From Erysipelothrix larvae (GTDB taxonomy: Bacteria > Bacillota_I > Bacilli_A > Erysipelotrichales > Erysipelotrichaceae), in contig NZ_CP013213.1 in assembly GCF_001545095.1 (NCBI RefSeq), positions 720,001-752,000 on the forward strand: a stretch of 32,000 bases of DNA. Reading direction: 5' to 3'. Below the pieces are notes generated by a model. That model saw only the letters and a list, made by a program, of their open reading frames with translations, ran no database searches and was not told the DNA's origin. This document shows positions 9,884 to 16,603 of this stretch, one piece after another (positions within the stretch are counted from its first letter, which is position 1; every line of letters starts with the position of its first letter). Made by a program: the position numbers and the translations under genes.

Positions 9884-10489
9884 TTATAAGCGTTGAATTG
9901 ATTGAATCATAAAATCAAACAATTCTTTTTGTTCGACATCCATCGAAAGCATCTCTTCTTCATCAGAAAGCTCTGATTTAAACTTATTGAATTCAGGGAT
10001 CATTTGAATGGAGGCAAGGGGATACCCCTCATCAATAATCGGACTTCTTTGATTCGTGAAACAACGCGGTGTTTTTTTCTCAAATGTAAGCAGTGTCTCA
10101 CCATACGACAAGGCAACTCCCTTTAAAAAATATCCGAATAGTTTTCCATCGGATCCGTATTGATTTACAAGACCAATATAGTGTTCAATCATTTCTTCGT
10201 CATTCAGATAGCGACCATGGACTCTTCTTACATGCGTATTGGGTTGAAGCATATCCGGAAGGGTATCAAAGAATAAGCCATCATCTAAAGAAATTGTAGG
10301 ATACTGACTTGCTTTAGCATAAGTCTTAGCTTTTATGATTGCATTTTCCAGGGGAGTTTTCCCTGTTTCTTCAACATCAATACTTAATCCTATATCCGAT
10401 AAGGTCAGAATATCAACACCATATTCTTTGAGTTTATGAGCATAATAGCGTATTTTCGCCTTATTCGTTGTTGCAAATAATATTTTCAT
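9884..10489 (-). CDS. divergent Ham1/RdgB (ITPase)-family-like protein
   Basis: The N-terminal half matches the family pattern (ATTNKAK, EETGKTPLENAIIKA, LDDGL). The C-terminal half is divergent. Confidence 0.55.
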   Translation of the reverse strand: MKILFATTNKAKIRYYAHKLKEYGVDILTLSDIGLSIDVEETGKTPLENAIIKAKTYAKASQYPTISLDDGLFFDTLPDMLQPNTHVRRVHGRYLNDEEMIEHYIGLVNQYGSDGKLFGYFLKGVALSYGETLLTFEKKTPRCFTNQRSPIIDEGYPLASIQMIPEFNKFKSELSDEEEMLSMDVEQKELFDFMIQSIQRL

Positions 10490-10517
10490 CCCTTACATCC
10501 TCTTCCTTACAAAACGT

Positions 10518-10526
10518 ATTATAACA
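10518..10526 (-). promoter_or_regulatory. extended -10 (TGtTATAAT) for the Ham1-like gene
   Basis: The reverse complement reads TGTTATAAT, about 30 nt upstream of the GGAAGAGGA RBS. Confidence 0.4.
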
Positions 10527-10732
10527 TAGACATAAAAGGCTTTAAATAAATGAAACCAGTTAAAAATACTGTACATGTGATTGTGAGTCAGATAATGGAA
10601 GCCTTCTTAATAATATAGAAGCAAGATAAGTAATCTCTATATTAAAAAACTGTGCATATCAGTTAGGTAATCAAGGGATGTTCCCATGAAAAAAGGAGAA
10701 TTCAGGTTCTCGTCTTTAAAGATGGGTAATGC

Positions 10733-11364
10733 CTAAACACTCACTACACTAAATCGTTTTCCAATATAGTGCCCATTTTCTGCATCATCAACCATCGCAA
10801 TTGCATAGTCTGCATAACTAATGTGAGAGTCACCACTTTTACTTAAAGTAAGTTGATCTTGCCCGAGTTTATAAGAACCAGTTCTAAGTCCGTCAGGTTT
10901 AAAAATCGGCGGCTGGGCTTAAGAAGGTCCACTGTACATCAGTTCTGGTTTTAAGATGTTCCAATGCTTCACCCTGTGCATTTGCAAATGGCATAAATGC
11001 TTCTGGGAAATCCGGTGTATCCTTTAGTAATATCGTATGATCTGGATCTACAAAAAGACTGCCAGCCCCGCCTACTATAAGTAAACGATTGTCATGGCTG
11101 CTTAATATATTGCAAAGGTGGTCCACTGAACTCACATGCAGTGGAATTGTTTCTTGAGTCCATGCTCCAAATGCATCGACAATGACATCAAATGATTTGA
11201 TATCTTCATAGGGTTAAATCAAATAAGTCTTTCTTGAGTAAGACAGTACCTTTGGCTGCTTGTCCCTGTCTAATAATTGATGTGACATCATGTCCTCGAG
11301 ATACCGCTTCTTGAACAATTAACGATCCCGCTTTCCCATTTGCTCCAATAACTCCAATTCTCAT
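10733..11364 (-). pseudogene. NAD(P)H-binding (NmrA/YwnB-like) oxidoreductase, disrupted by two +1 frameshifts
   Basis: Three consecutive reading-frame segments together reconstitute a protein of about 209 aa: MRIGVIGANGKAGSLIV...DLFDLT / YEDIKSFDVIVDAFGAW...FLSPAADF / KPDGLRTGSYKLGQDQL...RFSVVSV. The frame breaks are at the GGG run 11211-11213 and the A5 run 10901-10905. Confidence 0.7.
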
Positions 11365-11509
11365 TTTTAATTCACTCCTTTTGTGAGAGACTTCTATATT
11401 TTGTTCTCTAAACTTATAACATACTCATTAGTATCATTTGTATAGTAGGCACTCTAAAGTGCTATAGGCGCTATATTGAAACCATTGGTTTATTAAAGGA
11501 GATTAAAAT

Positions 11510-11839
11510 ATGATTGACCTAAAAGACCTTCCAGATTGTCCAGTAGAAACATCGCTACTTTTAATGGGCGATCGATGGAAACTGTTGATAGTAAGAGAAT
11601 TACTCTTGGGAACAAAACGATTTGGTGAACTGAAAAAGTCACTCAATGGTATTTCTCAAAAAGTCTTGACGCAACATCTTCGAGCCATGGAAGAAAGTGG
11701 ACTTGTAAATCGAAAAGTTTATGCTGAAGTACCCCCACGTGTGGAGTATTCTCTTACAGAAACGGGGTATAGTTTGAAATCAGTCCATGATGTACTTTGG
11801 GAATGGGGACTTCATTATAAAACAACGTTAAACGATTAA
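11510..11839 (+). CDS. HxlR-family transcriptional regulator
   Basis: 109 aa. CPVETSLLLMGDRWKLLIVRELL and PPRVEYSLTETG are hallmark HxlR winged-helix motifs. Divergent from the oxidoreductase pseudogene. Confidence 0.85.
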   Translation: MIDLKDLPDCPVETSLLLMGDRWKLLIVRELLLGTKRFGELKKSLNGISQKVLTQHLRAMEESGLVNRKVYAEVPPRVEYSLTETGYSLKSVHDVLWEWGLHYKTTLND

Positions 11840-11845
11840 TAACTT

Positions 11846-11870
11846 AAAGGTGTGCAAATCCCACACCTTT
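11846..11870 (+). terminator. hairpin after the HxlR gene
   Basis: AAAGGTGTG (11846-11854) / CACACCTTT (11862-11870). The T-tail is short. Confidence 0.45.
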
Positions 11871-11876
11871 ACCTAT

Positions 11877-11900
11877 ATAAAAAAAAGAGCCTGAGCTCTT
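11877..11900 (-). terminator. terminator of the tRNA operon
   Basis: Minus strand reads AAGAGC-TCAG-GCTCTT followed by a T-run of at least 8. Confidence 0.6.
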
Positions 11901-11950
11901 ATCGTATTTATAAATGTACTTAATGTTTCCATTGAAGTAAGTGAATTTCT

Positions 11951-12024
11951 TGGAGCGAGTGAGGGGAATCGAACCCCCGTCTCAACCATGGCAAGGTCGT
12001 GTGCTACCATTGTACCACACTCGC
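11951..12024 (-). tRNA. tRNA-Gly (GCC)
   Basis: Hand-folded cloverleaf. Acceptor GCGAGTG/CACTCGC, anticodon loop TTGCCAT, T-loop TTCGATT, encoded CCA. One A-C mismatch in the D stem. Confidence 0.85.
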
Positions 12025-12029
12025 ATAAA

Positions 12030-12105
12030 TGGCGGTCTAGACGGGACTCGAACCCGCGATCTCCTGCGTGACAGGCAGGCATGTTAACCACTACACCACT
12101 AGACC
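12030..12105 (-). tRNA. tRNA-Asp (GUC)
   Basis: Acceptor GGTCTAG/CTAGACC, anticodon stem-loop CCTGC-CTGTCAC-GCAGG, T-arm GCGGG-TTCGAGT-CCCGT, encoded CCA. Confidence 0.9.
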
Positions 12106-12131
12106 ATGTTTTAATACGAAGCAAATTAGAA

Positions 12132-12222
12132 TGGCGGAGATGGGGAGATTTGAACTCCCGCGCCAGTCACCCGGCCTATACCCTTAGCAGGGGCACCTCT
12201 TCAGCCACTTGAGTACATCTCC
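12132..12222 (-). tRNA. tRNA-Ser (GCU), class II with long variable arm
   Basis: GGAGATGTACTCAAGTGGCTGAAGAGG 5' half, anticodon loop CTGCTAA, long variable arm, T-loop TTCAAAT, encoded CCA. 91 nt. Confidence 0.9.
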
Positions 12223-12256
12223 AACGTTGTTTCGCCACTTTTTTTAGCGCTATTAC

Positions 12257-12285
12257 ATACTACCATAAGAACTGACTTGAATCAA
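12257..12285 (-). promoter_or_regulatory. candidate promoter of the tRNA operon
   Basis: Minus strand reads TTGATT, 17-nt spacer, TGgTAGTAT (extended -10), 34 nt upstream of tRNA-Ser. Confidence 0.45.
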
Positions 12286-12591
12286 TACTTTTTTACACAT
12301 TTTTTAAATAATGTTTAGGACTGAAGGTTCATACTTATGGGGGTAAAAAGCAAGCAGCTTTTTTTCAAAAAATGAAGTGCATCAAGCTTTAGGAGAAGGT
12401 TCTTCCGTTGCTTTGCTTATCTATTTAAACATAGTCAGAGATATAAAGCAAGATGAAATCTCAAAAAAAATAATTTTGTAATGTGAAAAGTTAAGTTCCA
12501 CTTTTGAAACACTAATAATACTAGGAGATTGATTTAAATTTATTGATGCGATCAACTCAAAATGTATCGAGTTTATGTGTGAAAGTATCTC

Positions 12592-12598
12592 ATATAAT
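12592..12598. repeat. target-site duplication, left copy (ATATAAT)
   Basis: Identical 7-mer directly abutting both IS ends (12592-12598 and 14131-14137). Confidence 0.75.
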
Positions 12599-12628
12599 GG
12601 GTCAATCACTTTTTATGTGGGATTGCCT
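12599..12628. repeat. IS left terminal inverted repeat
   Basis: GGGTCAATCACTTTTTATGTGGGATTGCCT against the reverse complement of 14101-14130, GGGTTCAATCACAAATCTTGTGGGATGGCA. About 22 of 30 positions match with one 1-nt gap. Confidence 0.75.
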
Positions 12629-12722
12629 GTGAATGACATTTGTAAAATAATAACAACTTGAATGAAAAAAGACCTTACTGTAGAATTTATTTTGCAGAAT
12701 AAACAAACAGGAAGGTCCATAC

Positions 12723-14126
12723 ATGAATTATACACAGACACTAACCCAATCACAAGAACTATGTTTAAATCATTTCTTAATCCCTAATACACTCCGTGGA
12801 TTTCATAACACCAACACCACAATCGAAACAACAAGATCCCAAAGAGATGCTTATTGCATGCATGGTATTTTAGAAGTTCAAGAAACAGATAAAGTATGCA
12901 GCGGTTGTGGTAAGGTGATGCATATAAACAATCGTAAACCGTGCACACTAAGGCATTTAAGTATTGGTGCAACACTGATGCATGTTCGTTTTGATAGACC
13001 CCAATTCTATTGTGTTTCTTGTAGGAATTCAAAGATGCAGAGTGTACCGTTTAAGGCTGAAAACCACTTTATTACTATTGAACTTGAAAACTATACAAGA
13101 GACCTACTCAGTATTGGAACATATACCCTCAAGCAAGTCGCTGAGATTACAGGATTAGGGAAAAACACTGTTAAAGCCATCGACCTCAAACGCTTGAAAG
13201 AACTCTATACAATTGATGGCGAGGTACTAAAGAAACCAGAGGACTACACACGATACCTAGGCATTGATGAGTTTAAACTCCATGATGGACATAAGTATGC
13301 AACCCATATTATCGATATGGAAACGGGTCACATTTTATGGATTGCACACGGAAAGAAGAAGCAAGTCGTCTATGATTTTATAGAGCATGTTGGCCTAAAG
13401 TGGATGGATCACGTTGAAGCTGTTGCATGCGATATGAACTCAAATTACCAAGAAGCGTTTGAAGAAAAATGCGAACACATCCAAGTTGTATTTGATCATT
13501 TTCATATCATCAAAAACTTTAATGATAAGGTCATCAACGAGGTTCGCAAGGATGAGCAAAATCGTTTGAAGAATGAAGGGAATATAGAGGCTGCTGCGGC
13601 ACTTAAGAAGACAAGATACATCTTAATGTCATCACGAGAAACGCTCATTAGAAAAGACAATGAAGCCAGAAATGGAAAGATTATCAAGGAAGGCAGTTCT
13701 TTATTTAATATACCCAACATTACGCGTAAAGAAGGTCATGAAGTACGTTACGATGAACTATTGAAAGAGAATGCATTAATCTTCACACTGGATGTGGTAA
13801 AAGAGAAATTGCGCTACGCATACACCCTTAATGATGAGAGTAAAATGGCAGATGAAATCAGTTCAATTGTCGAAATCTGTCAAGCTACAAAAAACAAACA
13901 CTTTCAATGGTTTGGACGACTCTTAGACAATCACTTTGAAGGAATCATCGCTCATGCAACTATTAAGATTTCTGCGGGTAAAATAGAAGGTATCAATAAT
14001 AAAATCAAGACTCTACGAAGACAAGGTTATGGTTACCCTGATGATGAATACTTCTTCTTAAAGTTAATTGATGCAAGTAGGAAAACCTATGTTAGGAATG
14101 TGCCATCCCACAAGATTTGTGATTGA
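12723..14126 (+). CDS. ISL3-family DDE transposase
   Basis: N-terminal zinc-finger cysteines (CSGCG...CVSCRN), DDE-region motifs LGIDEF, ACDMNSNY and KIEGINNKIKTLRRQGYGY, and C-terminal DDEYFFLKL, all typical of ISL3 transposases. The stop codon lies inside the right IR. Confidence 0.9.
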   Translation: MNYTQTLTQSQELCLNHFLIPNTLRGFHNTNTTIETTRSQRDAYCMHGILEVQETDKVCSGCGKVMHINNRKPCTLRHLSIGATLMHVRFDRPQFYCVSCRNSKMQSVPFKAENHFITIELENYTRDLLSIGTYTLKQVAEITGLGKNTVKAIDLKRLKELYTIDGEVLKKPEDYTRYLGIDEFKLHDGHKYATHIIDMETGHILWIAHGKKKQVVYDFIEHVGLKWMDHVEAVACDMNSNYQEAFEEKCEHIQVVFDHFHIIKNFNDKVINEVRKDEQNRLKNEGNIEAAAALKKTRYILMSSRETLIRKDNEARNGKIIKEGSSLFNIPNITRKEGHEVRYDELLKENALIFTLDVVKEKLRYAYTLNDESKMADEISSIVEICQATKNKHFQWFGRLLDNHFEGIIAHATIKISAGKIEGINNKIKTLRRQGYGYPDDEYFFLKLIDASRKTYVRNVPSHKICD

Positions 14127-14130
14127 ACCC
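14101..14130. repeat. IS right terminal inverted repeat
   Basis: See the left IR. Contains the transposase stop codon (14124-14126). Confidence 0.75.
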
Positions 14131-14137
14131 ATATAAT
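14131..14137. repeat. target-site duplication, right copy (ATATAAT)
   Basis: Identical to 12592-12598. Confidence 0.75.
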
Positions 14138-14243
14138 TATGGGAATCAATATCTTTGATTTAAAACTATTTACATTGACCCATTAATCATGTAGTGTATT
14201 GGTTGTATAATACAGTATTTTAATTAGATAGGGGGCGTCATTC

Positions 14244-15374
14244 GTGACCGTTCGAAACAAAAAAGAGTTTCTTATTAATATTGCCTATGCAGCTGTAATG
14301 CTGTCTATTACGTATGGTTTATTTAGATTTGCGACTGGATACTTGTTACCATTTATATTTGGGTTTTTGATTGCATCATTGGTAAAACCACTCGTTTCAT
14401 ATACAAAACGTGCATTTGGTAATCGGAAGTTATTGGCCATCGGTGTTGTTGTTGTATTCTATATCTTAATCGCGCTAGTGTTATTTTGGTTAGCCCTACG
14501 GTTTATCGCTTATGTTCAAGTTATGGTTCCAGTAATTGAGAGTTTTTATGAAAAAACGCTTTCGCCTGTGTTTACATCACTTGCGCAAAGTGCAGAACAA
14601 TGGATTACACAACTTGATCCAACAATGGCAAATATCGTTGATACTGCATTAACAGAAATGAATCAAGCTGTAATCTCAGTGGCGAAGTCATTGTCAGGTG
14701 TTATCGTTACATGGATTACGGGACTTGTGACATCAATTCCAAACTTATTTATTGGATTATTAATCACAATTATCTCATCATTCTTCTTTACACTGGATTA
14801 CTCAAACATTGTAGATACGTGTTTGAATGTACTCTCTCCAAAAACGAAACAATTGGTACTCGATGTGGGACAATTGTTCTCAGTACTTATTGGGAAGTAT
14901 ATTAAGTCATATACAATTATTATTTTTATTACGTTTACTGAACTCGCAATCGGATTTTCAATTCTAAGAATTCCAAATGCAATTATGCTTGCGGGTATTA
15001 TCGCAATTGTAGATATATTACCGGTGCTTGGTACGGGTACAATTCTTATTCCGTGGGGTATTTATTCGCTGATTACAGGGAACGTATCTTTAGGGGTTGG
15101 ATTAGTTGTAATCTACGCTGTGATTACGATTATAAGAAATATCCTTGAACCAAAAGTAATTGGAGACCAAATTGGACTTCATCCGATTGCTACCTTGATT
15201 TCGATTTTTGTTGGGTTGAAGCTCTTTGGCTTTTGGGGACTATTTGGTGTTCCAATCTTTGTAACCATAGTTGTGACACTTCATAAAGAAGGTAAAATTG
15301 ACTTCTTCAAATTCTTTGGATTTAGAGGTGCGGGTAGCGAAGAATATCAAGAACAAGAGATTGCCAGCGAATAA
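14244..15374 (+). CDS. AI-2E/PerM-family integral membrane protein (YtvI-like)
   Basis: 376 aa and highly hydrophobic, with about 8 predicted TM segments. LDYSNI, ILPVLGTG and EPKVIGDQIGLHP motifs are typical of the UPF0118/AI-2E family. GTG start after GGGGG. Confidence 0.75.
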   Translation: MTVRNKKEFLINIAYAAVMLSITYGLFRFATGYLLPFIFGFLIASLVKPLVSYTKRAFGNRKLLAIGVVVVFYILIALVLFWLALRFIAYVQVMVPVIESFYEKTLSPVFTSLAQSAEQWITQLDPTMANIVDTALTEMNQAVISVAKSLSGVIVTWITGLVTSIPNLFIGLLITIISSFFFTLDYSNIVDTCLNVLSPKTKQLVLDVGQLFSVLIGKYIKSYTIIIFITFTELAIGFSILRIPNAIMLAGIIAIVDILPVLGTGTILIPWGIYSLITGNVSLGVGLVVIYAVITIIRNILEPKVIGDQIGLHPIATLISIFVGLKLFGFWGLFGVPIFVTIVVTLHKEGKIDFFKFFGFRGAGSEEYQEQEIASE

Positions 15375-15409
15375 TTTTGATTGTATTTGATTAAGGATTA
15401 ACATAGAAT

Positions 15410-15434
15410 GGCTCGAATAAATCGAGCCTTTATT
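15410..15434 (+). terminator. rho-independent terminator after the YtvI-like gene
   Basis: GGCTCGA (15410-15416) / TCGAGCC (15422-15428), followed by TTTATT. Confidence 0.65.
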
Positions 15435-15518
15435 GTATCACAGCAAAAATCAATGATCTGCGCTTTTTCGCTTGCACTATTATCGGGTCGTGCTTGAATG
15501 AAATAATTATGAAAACAC

Positions 15519-15546
15519 TTGACTTTTGGGGTCGTTGTGGTAGTAT
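15519..15546 (+). promoter_or_regulatory. candidate str operon promoter
   Basis: TTGACT (15519-15524), 16-nt spacer, TGgTAGTAT (-10 at 15541-15546). Confidence 0.5.
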
Positions 15547-15661
15547 TAAATAGCTTATGAATATCAAAGGGTTTCTTATGCGTAAGAAGCCTATATATTG
15601 TGAGTGGTTCGGCACACATGGAACTGTGTGCATAAATATACAAAATGGAAGGAGAAATTTA

Positions 15662-16075
15662 ATGCCAACAATTAATCAATTGGTGCAAAAAGGAAGATCA
15701 AAACGAGTATACAAATCGAAATCTCCAGCTCTTGGTCGTTCATTGAACACTATCAAACGTGAATACACAGAAACAAATAGCCCACAAAAACGTGGTGTTT
15801 GTACTCGTGTTGGAACAATGACACCTAAGAAACCTAACTCTGCGTTACGTAAATATGCGCGTGTTCGTTTGAGCAACGGTATGGAAGTTACTGCTTATAT
15901 CCCTGGGATTGGGCACAACTTACAAGAGCACAGTGTTGTTATGATTCGTGGTGGACGTGTTAAGGACTTACCTGGGGTACGTTACCATATTATTCGTGGT
16001 ACTTTAGACTGCGCTGGTGTAAACAACCGCCGTCAAAGTCGTTCTTTATACGGAACTAAGAAACCACGCGACTAA
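15662..16075 (+). CDS. rpsL: 30S ribosomal protein S12
   Basis: [12 protein letters not shown]...[10 protein letters not shown]...[13 protein letters not shown]. Start at ATG 15662 after GGAAGGAG; the longer track ORF from 15557 is an artefact. Confidence 0.97.
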   Translation: MPTINQLVQKGRSKRVYKSKSPALGRSLNTIKREYTETNSPQKRGVCTRVGTMTPKKPNSALRKYARVRLSNGMEVTAYIPGIGHNLQEHSVVMIRGGRVKDLPGVRYHIIRGTLDCAGVNNRRQSRSLYGTKKPRD

Positions 16076-16102
16076 TTTAACAAGAGTGAAAGGAGACTAA
16101 TT

Positions 16103-16573
16103 ATGCCAAGAAAAGGAGCGGTTCCAAAACGCGATGTTGTTGCGGATCCAATTTACAACTCTAAATTGGTTACACGTTTAATAAACAAAGTCATGATTGA
16201 CGGGAAAAAAGGTGTAGCGCAAGCAATTTTATACAACGCTTTTGAAATCATTGAAGAAAAAACTGGACGCCAACCTATGGAAGTGTTTGAACAAGCTTTA
16301 GAAAATGTTTTACCATTACTAGAACTTAAAGCACGCCGTGTAGGTGGGTCAAACTTACAAATCCCAGTAGAAGTAACACAAGAACGTCGTTTGACACTTG
16401 GACTTCGCTGGATCGTTCAATACTCACGTTCACGTAGTGAAAAGACTATGGAACAACGTTTAGCGAACGAAATTATCGACGCATCTAACGGAACAGGTGC
16501 TTCTGTTAAGAAACGCGACGATGTACATAAGATGGCTGAAGCGAACCGTGCGTTTGCTCACTATCGCTGGTAA
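16103..16573 (+). CDS. rpsG: 30S ribosomal protein S7
   Basis: 156 aa, from [12 protein letters not shown] to [10 protein letters not shown]. Canonical S7. Confidence 0.97.
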   Translation: MPRKGAVPKRDVVADPIYNSKLVTRLINKVMIDGKKGVAQAILYNAFEIIEEKTGRQPMEVFEQALENVLPLLELKARRVGGSNLQIPVEVTQERRLTLGLRWIVQYSRSRSEKTMEQRLANEIIDASNGTGASVKKRDDVHKMAEANRAFAHYRW

Positions 16574-16603
16574 TATTAACAAGACGAAAGGGGTGTATGA
16601 ACT

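Larger units (their letters stand above)
12599..14130 (+). mobile_element. ISL3-family insertion sequence, apparently intact (1532 bp)
   Basis: Single 467-aa transposase ORF bounded by imperfect 30-bp terminal inverted repeats and a direct 7-bp duplication. Confidence 0.85.

Noticed and set aside
10500-10732. Small ORFs (16-23 aa, e.g. MKPVKNTVHVIVSQIMEAFLIII and MKKGEFRFSSLKMGNA) in the spacer between the Ham1-like gene and the pseudogene
   Set aside because: There is no convincing RBS and the ORFs are very short. The region is better explained as the Ham1-like gene's promoter plus the pseudogene's 3' flank.
11873-12124. 83-aa minus-strand ORF
   Set aside because: It is made up of the tRNA-Gly and tRNA-Asp genes and their spacer. 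It is not coding.
12421-12609. 62-aa minus-strand ORF crossing the left IS junction
   Set aside because: Its GTG start lies inside the IS left inverted repeat and the rest is AT-rich low-complexity sequence. In the reconstructed pre-insertion sequence the frame is closed by a stop, so no gene was disrupted by the IS.
14123-14152. Possible outward-facing promoter from the IS right end (TTGAAC inside the IRR) driving the YtvI-like gene
   Set aside because: No acceptable -10 hexamer lies at a 16-18 nt spacing; the best is CAATAT. The TATAAT of the target duplication is only 3 nt from the -35-like hexamer.
15398-15643. Two overlapping minus-strand ORFs (81 and 67 aa), and the 35-codon N-terminal extension of rpsL starting at 15557
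   Set aside because: They cover the terminator, promoter and structured leader upstream of rpsL. There is no RBS, and S12 clearly starts at MPTINQL (15662) behind GGAAGGAG.
15662-16075. Checked rpsL for streptomycin-resistance substitutions
   Set aside because: The TPKKPNS and GGRVKDLPG lysines (the classical K43/K88-equivalent sites) are wild type. Nothing to report.
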